Shown here one piece after another: positions 9,031 through 19,536 of a DNA stretch of 64,000 bases; within the stretch, counting starts at the first letter, position 1; each line of letters begins with the position of its first letter. The position numbers and the translations under genes are program-made. The stretch is from an uncultured virus (IMG/VR IMGVR_UViG_3300008113_010842) (Duplodnaviria; Heunggongvirae; Uroviricota; Caudoviricetes), in the IMG/VR virus record IMGVR_UViG_3300008113_010842; one strand, given 5' to 3'. The notes beneath the pieces are model-generated. The model was not told the origin of the DNA and did not search any database. It saw only the letters and a list, made by a program, of their open reading frames with translations.

Positions 9031-12000
9031 ATGTGGTCTTACGATAGTGATAATAATATTTGGTATAATTCTGAAGATAAATTGGATTTTAAAACATTTG
9101 AGTTTTTTAAGCAAGAGCTATCTTCTTATAGATTTTATTCAAAGTGTTTAAGTGGTGCTACTTTTTTATCTGTAAAATCATTAGATGATATTTATAGTGT
9201 TTTTGGTGATTATCAACCAAGAAATTGGTATATAAATAGTTTAGATTCACAATATAGTAATAGTCCTATACCATCTCAAAATGCTAGTCCTATAAATGAA
9301 GCTACGAGTTTTGATTATTATTCAAGATATTTATCTGAGTATGGACTTACTTTGAAGAATTTATTTACTCCTGAAAGATTGATAAAGGATCAGATAAAGA
9401 ATTTCATTTATGTAGATTTAGCAACTACAGCAGAAATATTAGACCTCTTTACAATTAATAAAAATAGAATTATAGATGGCGTCACTTTAAAAAATGGTCA
9501 TCGAGTTTTAATTAAAGACCAAATAAGTACTCAAGTTTTAGACTCTACTGCTAATCCGGATGTTGTTTTTCAAGGTAATTATAAAATTTCTCAAAATAAT
9601 GGTAATACTATTGAATATCAGTACTATAATTCAGATAATGGTGTTTATTTATATAAAGATGGAATTCTAAGTAGAGAGAGTGACTTAGAAATTTATAATA
9701 ATTGTCTTAGATATAGTGTTGTTATACGAAATGGTGAGACTAACAAAGATAAACAATTTCACTTATCTAGATTAAATAATGGTTATTTTCCTACTACTGG
9801 TTTAAGCGAATCAATAGAGTTTATAGAAAGTAAGAATTGGATGTTAAGAAATCGTGTTGATTACAATAATCTGTTTGAAATTAACTATTATGATGTTGTA
9901 AAATATGCAACACAATCATATGATTTATCTGGTTTTAATTTTATCATCCCTGAAAGAACAATTTCTGTAGGTGAGTTTGGAACAATATTAAATCATCAAG
10001 AAGGAAGAAGTAATATAATAGAAAATAAATATAAGGTAAATTTAAGAAGTATATCAAGTGTAAAAAGTCATTATTGGATATGTGGTGATAACGGTATTTT
10101 ACTTAAAGTCAGAAAGCATGATTTTTTTATTGAGAAAATAGATTTAGGTACTGATTATAATCTTAAATCTGTAAGTTTTTATGATGATTTAAAGGGTGTA
10201 GTGGTTGGTGATCTGAATGCTGTCTATGTAACTGATGATGGTGGGTATAAATGGAATAAAATTACAATTGATGCTTTTAAATCATATTATTTTAATAAAG
10301 TTGTTTATTATTCACCTGCAAATTTCTTTGTTGCTGGTAATGTTGGAATATTCATAGAGTTCAAAAATAATATTTATGGTTGGAATGCATTCAAAAGAAG
10401 AGTTTTTAGACAAATTGATGATGATGATGAGTATATTTTAGTTGATAATATAAATGATATCTATTATACAGAGATAAATAATTGGGGTCTTAGCTATTCA
10501 TATTCAACACAATCAATCGCAACTAATAAGAAATTACTTTTTATTGTTACTGATGATAGTAAAATTATTGCACATGATGTAAATGATTCTACAAAACATG
10601 ATTTTATTTACTTAGATTTCAATAAAAAGTATGATGATATAAGAAATATAACAAGTAAGGCTGGTACTACTAAATTTTATTTCACAGGTATTGATGAGGA
10701 TACTAGCGATAGTGGGTTGTTTTCATTTGACTTGGCTAATTTTCAGTATTTAGGTTTAGGTAATTCTTATTCAAACACTTGTTTTAGTAATGTGGATCCT
10801 GTGTTCGAATCTATTAATTACTCTAACGATATATTTGATTATAATGGTCAAGAACTTTTACTATGTGGAAATGAATCATTGTTGTTTTCTTCTACTTATA
10901 GTACAAATTTTGATTTTAAAGTATTTGATTCTCAATTTGAGTCTACATTAAAGTCTAAAATGTTATTTTTAGATTATGATGTTGCTGCTAAGTTAAATTG
11001 GTTTAGAGACAACGGTGAATATAGATTGCCTAATTCTGTTGAATTTGCGTTTGATGCTGGGACTGCTACATATTTAAATTTTGAACCGCTTGTTATTTCA
11101 GCAACAGCTCCAAGTTATGTTACTCAATCTGAGATTAACTGGTTTAAATATTGGCAAGATAAACAAATGTCTTTTAAGTATATAGCAACTCAATCAGAAA
11201 TGACTGATGCTACAAAAATACTTATCTCGCCTCTTTTTTATCATAGTAACTTAAACACAGCCACTGTTTCAAATTTGACGATAAGTTTAAGTGATATTAA
11301 AAATTTAGCACCATCAATAGATATTCAAGGTCATTCAAGATTTAGTGGCTTAGGTCTAACAATAGCAACTTCTTCTAATTCTTATGATTTATATTTATAT
11401 GATTATTTGATGATTTTTGCAACTTCAACGTCATTTGGAGTAAATACTGGTGATGTTTTGAGGTTCGAAAGTAGTATAGTCACAAGTAATTTTACAGTAA
11501 ATAGAGTAGAAGATATTTCTGGTAAAAGATATATCTATTTGTTTACAGAATTCAATCAAAACATTTTAACCGAGTTGTCATTATCTACTGATGAGATAAA
11601 AATAACTAATTTAAACACATATAAAAATGTAGATGAATTAAAAGAAAGATTTAATTTACATCCAATTTCTGATGGCTATATGTTGATGAATGATAGACAA
11701 TTTGAATTAAATCAAGTACTTTTAGATTTCAGTTTAGGTTTAGCAACTGCTAGTTATACTAATTGGCAAATTGGTCAGAATTTTAATATTTCTGCATCTT
11801 TTTCTCAATCTTTTAGAACTGATGCTGTTGGTAAGACATTTATTGAGTCTCCTGAAATTTATAATGTTAATAAAATTTCATTTAAATATTCATCTACTAT
11901 AGGTAATTATACTTCTGCTAGTCAGTCTGTTTTGAAAATTCAAGGTTATTCAGCATCTTCTTGGTTTAATTTACAAACATATACGATGAGTGATGGTTCA

Positions 12001-14703
12001 ATTGCATCTAATTATAACTATGTTGATATTTACATAAGTGGATCATATAGTAAATTCAAATTTGAATTTGAAACAGCACCTGCTACAAACACAATTACTC
12101 ACCCGTTTAATTTCAAACCAATAATAATAGATGATATAAGTTTGTCTTCTGGTAGTAAAATCGATGTTGATTTGACTTCTTATGGTACCGTTAGTAATTA
12201 TACTGATTTCATAAATATAGAGCCAAGATTTAATCATAAGACATCATACTATAACTTAGCCACGAAAGTTATTAATCAAAACGAATCATATGATATGGCT
12301 TATACATCTGGTTTCTTAAAATTTGGTTACACTGCTGAGTTTAATTTGTTAGATTATCTTGAGTCAATAAATGACATAGGTGATCCAAGTCCAACATTCT
12401 TTGCTGAAAAAGAATACTTAGCTATGCCAGATTATAGACAAATGCCTATGCCTGGTGTTAATAGTATGACCGATGATGAGGTATATGTAGACTATAATGG
12501 TATGACATATTCTAATAGTTTTTCAATGCCTGGTAACAAAATAATTTTTGGTGCAAATTTAGAGTTCGAGTGGAATAGTATATTTAAAAACACATTTTTA
12601 GACATTAACTTGCATATATCAAGCGCTTATTCATTTGATTTTTCAGCACCTTCTGTTTATAAAAGTGAAAGAATGTTGGTAATTGACAAATATTTTGATT
12701 CAGTCAATAATAAATATGTAATAGAATTACATAAACCATTAAATTTTGATTTAGGTTTACCTTTATATTGGATAGATATCATATCTAGAAGAAAACTATA
12801 TCAGATAAGTGAGGATTTACAGCAAATCAATAATATAAAGGAGCCATTAAAAACGGTTTCTTATATAGCTGGAAATACTTACTCAACTTGGAATGTTAAT
12901 TTTAGCACATATAAAAGAGAATTAAATTACAAATTAAATACAGATTCTTACGCTAAGATATTCTTATCTGATGCAGAAACTATTGACTCGTTAAGTGCCC
13001 TAATCTACACAGATTATAAAAATGAGCTTTCGTTTAATGTAACAAAATTGGGTAAGCAAATTAGAGTTCCGATTCTTAATACCGCTAATTATATTTCTGG
13101 CTCTTCAAGCTATTTATTTATAGCTTGTTCACAAAAACACGGTTTAAAAACTGGAGAAGGTGCTAATTTTGAATTTAATGGTGGTACATATTCATCAGAA
13201 TATTTAAATCGTCAATACTTTGGTTTTCATCCAGTTGTAGTAGTAAACGAGTATAATCTATATTTGAATTTACCTTATGGTACACCACCTACAGTTGGAA
13301 ATGATACAGGTTTTTTAAGTTATGTTAGAAGAGATCCATTTTTAAATTATTCTCCAGTTGATTTAATAGACGTGGGTGTAAATAAAAGAGGAAAAATTGC
13401 AATAGAATTAAATGTTGATAATACCATTGTTAATGATAACAAATTTCAACTAGTTAATGTTGATTTCACTAAATATAGATTTAGATTAGTTGATGGTATA
13501 GATGTTGAAAGTTTAGCTGTAATTTATCCTTGGATTTTTGAGGCTGAAATATCGGGTGCAGTTATTGGTCAAAGAGATGGTAATTTGATTTGGTATAAAG
13601 GAACTTGGGAATGTGGTAGATGGTTTGGTGGTATTTGGGAGTCCGGTATTTGGAAGTCCGGTGATTGGTACACAGGTACTTGGAACTCAAGACTAATAAA
13701 AGATAATTATATAAATGTAGAAGTAGATGAGAAATCTTCAGATGTGGTACAATCTACATGGTTCAATGGTAGATGGTATGATGGTACTTGGAATAATGGC
13801 ACTTGGGTAAATGGTAGATGGTATGGTGGTACTTGGGAAAAAGGTGTTTGGTATAAGGGTATTTGGAATGATGGTATTTGGAATAGTGGATTGTTTACTG
13901 GGGGTATTTGGGTTATGGGTACTTGGAATTCTGGTGTTTTTAATACTGATAATGAGCCTGCTTATTGGTTAGATGGTAAATGGAATTCGGGCGACTTTGA
14001 AAATGGTATGTGGTTCAATGGAAATTTTGAGCAAAGTATTGGAGAATCTAGATTCGGTACTAAGGCTTATAATAGTAGAACTGCAACTTGGCATGGTGGA
14101 AAATGGATTAGTGGTTCATTTCATTCACAATTAAACGTAAATGATGCTGGTGTTTATGATGTTGCGGATGTTCATAAATATTCGATATGGTATACTGGTC
14201 AATGGTTATCTGGTAATTTTTATGGTGGTGTGGCTTATAATGTTGATTTTAGGTCAGGTACTTGGTATGGTGGTATTTTAGAAGATATTCAAGTCATAGG
14301 TTTTACTGGAAGTACTGTTTCTTCTGAAAACTATTTTACTTTGAATGGTATTTTTAAATTTAACATTGGTGATACAATGACTATCATAGATAACCAGATA
14401 GGAAATACTTATTCATATGACTTTGGTAGTAATGACTCACCTAAAACATATACAATTCTTAATACCGTAGAGGGTACATTTAGTTACTTAGGTGAAGTTA
14501 GAAAGAAAACGGATGTATATGTAAACTCAACAATTACCTATTCTGTTCAAGATCCTGTTGATTTAGGATTAAGAGTTGTTAGTATATTCAATAATTGTAA
14601 TTGGAAAACAGGTATATGGACTAATGGTATCTTCAAAAATGGACTTTATGAAGGAGGTATATGGTACAATGGTGTTTTTGAGCAAGAAGGTATCTGGATG
14701 TAA
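9031..14703 (+). CDS. Giant virion structural/tail-associated protein with fibre-type N-terminal motif, BNR/Asp-box propeller region and C-terminal G-x-W pentapeptide repeats
   Basis: 1890 aa; VDLATT..IDGVTLKNGHRVLIKDQ..NGVY; TDDGGYKW Asp-box; WYKGTWECGRWFGGIWESG-type repeats. Confidence 0.65.
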   Translation: MWSYDSDNNIWYNSEDKLDFKTFEFFKQELSSYRFYSKCLSGATFLSVKSLDDIYSVFGDYQPRNWYINSLDSQYSNSPIPSQNASPINEATSFDYYSRYLSEYGLTLKNLFTPERLIKDQIKNFIYVDLATTAEILDLFTINKNRIIDGVTLKNGHRVLIKDQISTQVLDSTANPDVVFQGNYKISQNNGNTIEYQYYNSDNGVYLYKDGILSRESDLEIYNNCLRYSVVIRNGETNKDKQFHLSRLNNGYFPTTGLSESIEFIESKNWMLRNRVDYNNLFEINYYDVVKYATQSYDLSGFNFIIPERTISVGEFGTILNHQEGRSNIIENKYKVNLRSISSVKSHYWICGDNGILLKVRKHDFFIEKIDLGTDYNLKSVSFYDDLKGVVVGDLNAVYVTDDGGYKWNKITIDAFKSYYFNKVVYYSPANFFVAGNVGIFIEFKNNIYGWNAFKRRVFRQIDDDDEYILVDNINDIYYTEINNWGLSYSYSTQSIATNKKLLFIVTDDSKIIAHDVNDSTKHDFIYLDFNKKYDDIRNITSKAGTTKFYFTGIDEDTSDSGLFSFDLANFQYLGLGNSYSNTCFSNVDPVFESINYSNDIFDYNGQELLLCGNESLLFSSTYSTNFDFKVFDSQFESTLKSKMLFLDYDVAAKLNWFRDNGEYRLPNSVEFAFDAGTATYLNFEPLVISATAPSYVTQSEINWFKYWQDKQMSFKYIATQSEMTDATKILISPLFYHSNLNTATVSNLTISLSDIKNLAPSIDIQGHSRFSGLGLTIATSSNSYDLYLYDYLMIFATSTSFGVNTGDVLRFESSIVTSNFTVNRVEDISGKRYIYLFTEFNQNILTELSLSTDEIKITNLNTYKNVDELKERFNLHPISDGYMLMNDRQFELNQVLLDFSLGLATASYTNWQIGQNFNISASFSQSFRTDAVGKTFIESPEIYNVNKISFKYSSTIGNYTSASQSVLKIQGYSASSWFNLQTYTMSDGSIASNYNYVDIYISGSYSKFKFEFETAPATNTITHPFNFKPIIIDDISLSSGSKIDVDLTSYGTVSNYTDFINIEPRFNHKTSYYNLATKVINQNESYDMAYTSGFLKFGYTAEFNLLDYLESINDIGDPSPTFFAEKEYLAMPDYRQMPMPGVNSMTDDEVYVDYNGMTYSNSFSMPGNKIIFGANLEFEWNSIFKNTFLDINLHISSAYSFDFSAPSVYKSERMLVIDKYFDSVNNKYVIELHKPLNFDLGLPLYWIDIISRRKLYQISEDLQQINNIKEPLKTVSYIAGNTYSTWNVNFSTYKRELNYKLNTDSYAKIFLSDAETIDSLSALIYTDYKNELSFNVTKLGKQIRVPILNTANYISGSSSYLFIACSQKHGLKTGEGANFEFNGGTYSSEYLNRQYFGFHPVVVVNEYNLYLNLPYGTPPTVGNDTGFLSYVRRDPFLNYSPVDLIDVGVNKRGKIAIELNVDNTIVNDNKFQLVNVDFTKYRFRLVDGIDVESLAVIYPWIFEAEISGAVIGQRDGNLIWYKGTWECGRWFGGIWESGIWKSGDWYTGTWNSRLIKDNYINVEVDEKSSDVVQSTWFNGRWYDGTWNNGTWVNGRWYGGTWEKGVWYKGIWNDGIWNSGLFTGGIWVMGTWNSGVFNTDNEPAYWLDGKWNSGDFENGMWFNGNFEQSIGESRFGTKAYNSRTATWHGGKWISGSFHSQLNVNDAGVYDVADVHKYSIWYTGQWLSGNFYGGVAYNVDFRSGTWYGGILEDIQVIGFTGSTVSSENYFTLNGIFKFNIGDTMTIIDNQIGNTYSYDFGSNDSPKTYTILNTVEGTFSYLGEVRKKTDVYVNSTITYSVQDPVDLGLRVVSIFNNCNWKTGIWTNGIFKNGLYEGGIWYNGVFEQEGIWM

Positions 14704-14732
14704 TTCAATTTTCAAATTAAATATATAGTATT

Positions 14733-15134
14733 ATGATTAAAAGATATACACAATTTATAAAAGAAGCAGATGAAACTGAAGAAACTAAAGTTCCTGAGAA
14801 CGAAACTGATTCTTCTGATTCTTCAAAATTCACTGAAATCAAAGACGAAGTCAAATCTATGATAGAAAACACTATAAAAAATAGTGGTGGTGAGTATTCT
14901 GGTTTTGTTGACTCTTTTAATAAGAATCCTGATGATGTAAAAGTTGAAGGATTTATAAATGATTCGGATATATATGATTTCTATCTAAAGTGGAGAAATG
15001 ATATAGATGAAGTGTTAAATTCAATTAAATTTTTTGATAAATTACCTTCTGATGTAAACGCTTTTGGTTTATATGAGTATGTAATAAAAGGAACACAAAA
15101 GGCATTTGAAGAAGTGGTGGGTATGTTAAAGTAA
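14733..15134 (+). CDS. Hypothetical protein with MIKRYTQFIKEA leader
   Basis: 133 aa; AAATATATA 5 nt upstream. Confidence 0.7.
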   Translation: MIKRYTQFIKEADETEETKVPENETDSSDSSKFTEIKDEVKSMIENTIKNSGGEYSGFVDSFNKNPDDVKVEGFINDSDIYDFYLKWRNDIDEVLNSIKFFDKLPSDVNAFGLYEYVIKGTQKAFEEVVGMLK

Positions 15135-15533
15135 ATTAAAAAAATACTTTGAAATAATTACTATCACAATTGTACTTTTTATCAAAACTCTCAAAAACAT
15201 AAATATTTTTGAAAAAAAATTATAATTAAATTTTAGAGATATAAAGTTTGTAATAAAGTTAAATATTATAAAAATGACTGAGTATGACCAAAATTGACTA
15301 AAAATCAGACCAGATAGCCAGACAAAGTCAAAAATCATCAATACATTATTTCTTGTCAAAAAATCATAATCTGATTTAGTTCTAAAATCTACTACAGTAG
15401 GTTTTCTTTTTGTTATTTGTATAAATTTATTATACCACTCTTTAGCGAAATATATTTTTCTAAAATTGATTATTTGAAAAAATGAAGAAAGTAAAACTAT
15501 TAGTCCAAATGAAATATAAAAGTCTAAAATCAT
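15126..15533 (-). CDS. Hypothetical membrane protein
   Basis: 135 aa, several hydrophobic segments; AAAC-N17-TATAAT upstream. Confidence 0.55.
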   Translation of the reverse strand: MILDFYISFGLIVLLSSFFQIINFRKIYFAKEWYNKFIQITKRKPTVVDFRTKSDYDFLTRNNVLMIFDFVWLSGLIFSQFWSYSVIFIIFNFITNFISLKFNYNFFSKIFMFLRVLIKSTIVIVIISKYFFNLL

Positions 15534-15619
15534 GATTATTATATTGCTATTTCATTAAATGTTTGATATAGGGAATTGAAATAAATATATATAGTAAAGA
15601 TAAAATAAAAAAGATATAA

Positions 15620-18334
15620 ATGGCTTCTACACCGCTTTATAAATCTCTTAAACCTAATGGAACTACTTTCTACGCTTTCCCTGGTGCTGCTGAGGATATA
15701 ACATCATCTTATCAGAATAATAATTATAAAATGTATTTTTCTAAATATGTTTTATTGAATTTGCCAAAACAAAATTTAAATCCTGGTACTCAATCAATGC
15801 CGGTTTATTTTGATTTTGAGAGTTCATTTGTAAAATCAAATAACGCTACACCGGCTACTACTTTTAATGAACAAATTGTAGAATCATTAAGAAATTATGT
15901 TGCAAATCATGAAGTAGTCATTAGAGAATCTAGATTGAATAGTAAAGAATATTTTTATAACACAAATGCTTTAGAAACTACATCAGAAAAAATATTCTGG
16001 AAGTGGTGTAAGAAATTAAAACTAATAGATTTTGAACCTGCTATTCCTGATGATGAATATTTTAGTTCTTTAAATGATTTTTCAAGAAGAAATATAAATG
16101 ATGATGCTTACTTTCCAGAATATCTTTGGAAAGAAAGAGAAGTAGTAGATTGGGATGCTTTAGCTTTTTATCAATCTGGTGAACCTGAGTATACCTCTTT
16201 GCCTAAATTGGAAGTTGAGTTTGCTGGACAAGTCAATTTTAGAGTTGGTGATTTAGTAAATATTTACAATGTGAGCAACTCTTCTGTTTATAATATGGAT
16301 TATGTTGGTGTTTATGGTCTTTCTGGTTCGCAAAATATTGAAGGTATAAATACAACAGTGTTAAAAGTTGTACCTGCTGGTGCCACTCAAGGTCAACGAG
16401 TTGTTTTTGACATTGATACTACACTACCTTATACACTTGATGATTCTGCTCAAGCAAGGTTAGTTTATAGTAGACTTGTTCAATATGTTGGTGAGGTAAA
16501 TGGTGTCTCAAATGTTAACGAGGCAAATAGGTCTTACACTGAAATTTATGCACATATACCAGACCATACCGGACAAACTCCTGACATATTGTTTAGAACT
16601 ATGACAGATGTTAATTATAAACCAAATTTGACATTTCCTATCATTCCTTCTCAGTATCAGCCAGAAATTATGGGTGCTGAGTTTTTTAGCTCTCCTATCG
16701 TAAATGCTCCTCAGAATTATCCAGGTTCTTACTTTGGACAATTTGATACTTTAAATTTTACATATGAAACCTCTAATGGTGATGAATTCAGAAGAAGTGG
16801 TGATTATTATGGTGTTAGTGGTGATATAAATAATCCTGTAATAAATGGTTCTACAATAGATGGTTTATCACTCGATTTTAATACGTCACATTATGTGAAG
16901 ATGAATATACCTGGTAGATTTGTTACTAATTTTGATCAGTTTAATGCTTTGCCTGTTAATAATGAACCACCTTCGAGTTTTGAATTTAATGCTATTTTGT
17001 GGTATTATACTGTAGAAGATTCAAGTACTGGTACATCAAGAACCAACTTATATGGTATCACTTTTCTGGATAATCCAGACAATAATCCAGTTGAGGATGA
17101 GGTTAGTTTAAGATTTCCTCCTTATAAAAAGTTGGTTGCTAATGGTCAACAAGATGGAACATCATATGCTTTTTCTCTTTTACTTAATTTCAATATTATT
17201 AATGAAAATCCAGTAGTTACTTATAATCCTGAGTCTGTCAATTCTTTATTCAGTATGAATCTATTTAATGAAGCGATGAGAAGATTAGCTTCAACAAATG
17301 ATAGTTTTGTAAACTTACTAGCAGAACAATCAAAGATACAGGAAGATTTGAATAATTTAAAAGGTTTATTATATACACAAACAGATATATCAACGATAAA
17401 TACAAAAATAAAAAACCTTGAAGATTTATTAAGATTGTATTCAAGTGCTCAGATACAAAGTTCTGAATCTATTACGGTTACTACGATCGCAGCGGCTCCA
17501 CCAAGAATTGAACTTACTAATAATGAGCCTACATATAATTCAATTGATAATTTAAAAACAAGTGAAATGTATAATACAGAAGGTGTGATACCTGTAAATA
17601 TAATTGTACCAACAAACAAAAGTGTATTAGTAAATATTACAAATAATGATGAAGTTGAAATAGAATTACCTGGTAATGAAAATTTGACACTAATGCTTTC
17701 AAAGGATTTAAATTTGAATCAAACTATCGATTTTATAATTTCAGCAAATGAATTTGCATCACAAAATAAAAAACTAGATATTTTTATTATGACAACTGCT
17801 GATTCAACAAGTAATGCTCCTGTTGAATCTTTACTGATTGGTAATTTAGATTTACCAGTATTTTATAATACAAATACACAATTACAAAATTCTGCTTATT
17901 TGTGGAAAGATTTTGGTTTTGGTATAGATTTTAATCAACCAATGTATTTATTAAGTGATAATAAGTTAGAAGTTCCTATGTCTGGAAATATGATGATGAA
18001 GTCAAATTCAATAAAAGCTGGTGATTGTTTATTATTAAATAATCTTTTTGTGGGAACTGCTTCAATTTATGACCTTTCTGGTCAATACTTTGTTGATTCA
18101 AATGGTGGTGCTACAAACTCATACATTACAATTGATGTTTCTACTAATCCTAATTTTGTAGCATTTGGATCATCACAATCATTACCTTTGACAGTTCACG
18201 GTACATCTTCTACATTACTTTCGAATTCTCCTTATTTTTCATTCAATAAAGGTAAAAGAATAAAAATAACTTGTATTTCTAACTCAACTGTGTTAAAAGA
18301 AAGATATCAAATACAAGTTCAGGAAATAATGTAA
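15620..18334 (+). CDS. Large putative virion structural (baseplate/tail-associated) protein
   Basis: 904 aa, beta-rich with a central coiled coil; late-type motif at 15583-15591; structural context. Confidence 0.55.
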   Translation: MASTPLYKSLKPNGTTFYAFPGAAEDITSSYQNNNYKMYFSKYVLLNLPKQNLNPGTQSMPVYFDFESSFVKSNNATPATTFNEQIVESLRNYVANHEVVIRESRLNSKEYFYNTNALETTSEKIFWKWCKKLKLIDFEPAIPDDEYFSSLNDFSRRNINDDAYFPEYLWKEREVVDWDALAFYQSGEPEYTSLPKLEVEFAGQVNFRVGDLVNIYNVSNSSVYNMDYVGVYGLSGSQNIEGINTTVLKVVPAGATQGQRVVFDIDTTLPYTLDDSAQARLVYSRLVQYVGEVNGVSNVNEANRSYTEIYAHIPDHTGQTPDILFRTMTDVNYKPNLTFPIIPSQYQPEIMGAEFFSSPIVNAPQNYPGSYFGQFDTLNFTYETSNGDEFRRSGDYYGVSGDINNPVINGSTIDGLSLDFNTSHYVKMNIPGRFVTNFDQFNALPVNNEPPSSFEFNAILWYYTVEDSSTGTSRTNLYGITFLDNPDNNPVEDEVSLRFPPYKKLVANGQQDGTSYAFSLLLNFNIINENPVVTYNPESVNSLFSMNLFNEAMRRLASTNDSFVNLLAEQSKIQEDLNNLKGLLYTQTDISTINTKIKNLEDLLRLYSSAQIQSSESITVTTIAAAPPRIELTNNEPTYNSIDNLKTSEMYNTEGVIPVNIIVPTNKSVLVNITNNDEVEIELPGNENLTLMLSKDLNLNQTIDFIISANEFASQNKKLDIFIMTTADSTSNAPVESLLIGNLDLPVFYNTNTQLQNSAYLWKDFGFGIDFNQPMYLLSDNKLEVPMSGNMMMKSNSIKAGDCLLLNNLFVGTASIYDLSGQYFVDSNGGATNSYITIDVSTNPNFVAFGSSQSLPLTVHGTSSTLLSNSPYFSFNKGKRIKITCISNSTVLKERYQIQVQEIM

Positions 18335-18375
18335 GTTTTTTATTTTAATATATAATTAAAATAAAAATTTACATA

Positions 18376-19521
18376 ATGGCGGTATGTGGTTCATCCTTAT
18401 TCGGTTCTGGTAATAATCAATATATAAAGTTCGGAAATTCTGAGTTTATTGCAATCGAAGGTTCTGGAATTTTCGATAGATTAAATTATTCAGATATGAG
18501 ATCGCCCTACAAACAACTTTTGAAGGGTCGAGTTATTCTTAAAGAAGGTCAAGCAAACTACCTTTTAAATCATCTAGGTTTAGGTGACAATGCTACTTTT
18601 CTTGCAATAAAGGCCACCTATGATTCTAAATCTGTAAACTCTGATAATAATTATGTTTATTATAGTTACTATGATTATCCTGTTCAGAATTTCACATTTG
18701 CTCAAATGTTGGTTTTAACTGGTAATGGTGCTCATAGAATACCTCAATTGTATTTAACAAATCCAAATCCGAATTATAAAGTAGTACTTGATATTATGGT
18801 TGGTATAATAGACGATAATTATTCTTTCTTTAATGATGATTTGAGTCAAAATGCTACTTCATTTACTGGATTAGAGTATACTGATATTAAATCATTTGTA
18901 GTTGGTGAATCAATCGTCATTTATGATAAAAGTAATCCAAAAAGAGCGTTAATTTATTTTGGTCTTAATTACATCAATTCTATCTCAATGGATAGTACAT
19001 TTATAATTATAGACGATGAAAGTTTTGGAACAGTATTTCTTAATTTTATAGATGAGTTTAATGCCGCTCAGGCATATTCTTTAATTAATTATGTTTTAGA
19101 ATTTCCAGATGTAGATATAGATACAATTTCGCTACCTGATAACACACCACCTGTTATATATTGGAATTCAACAGCTGGTGTGACAGGAAGTTATATTTTT
19201 AATAATTTAGGTGTTACTTCATCCATCGGTTTCAATACTGAAAATGACGGACTTACTTATTCAACAACTATTTCTTTATCTAATTGGGGTACTTCAAGTG
19301 TAATTTACAAAGACAAAATTCGTGATTTGTTAATAAATTACATTGAAGACAATAGGGATGGGTTGATCGAGATTATGGATTCAGAAATGATAATATCTGC
19401 GACAGCTGGTACAGTCAACTCAATTTCAGTAGTTGGAACTTATTCACTTACGTTCAATTTTGAAGACTTAGCACATAATAAATTGAGTGGTGTAAATGTG
19501 AATTTAAATATTATTGTTTAA
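18376..19521 (+). CDS. Putative structural adaptor protein A1 (paralog of 24027..24845)
   Basis: Shares GESIVI.D.SNP...YSL.NYVL..D.DIDTIS...DNRDG with the ORF at 24027. Confidence 0.6.
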   Translation: MAVCGSSLFGSGNNQYIKFGNSEFIAIEGSGIFDRLNYSDMRSPYKQLLKGRVILKEGQANYLLNHLGLGDNATFLAIKATYDSKSVNSDNNYVYYSYYDYPVQNFTFAQMLVLTGNGAHRIPQLYLTNPNPNYKVVLDIMVGIIDDNYSFFNDDLSQNATSFTGLEYTDIKSFVVGESIVIYDKSNPKRALIYFGLNYINSISMDSTFIIIDDESFGTVFLNFIDEFNAAQAYSLINYVLEFPDVDIDTISLPDNTPPVIYWNSTAGVTGSYIFNNLGVTSSIGFNTENDGLTYSTTISLSNWGTSSVIYKDKIRDLLINYIEDNRDGLIEIMDSEMIISATAGTVNSISVVGTYSLTFNFEDLAHNKLSGVNVNLNIIV

Positions 19522-19536
19522 AAATTAGAATTAAAA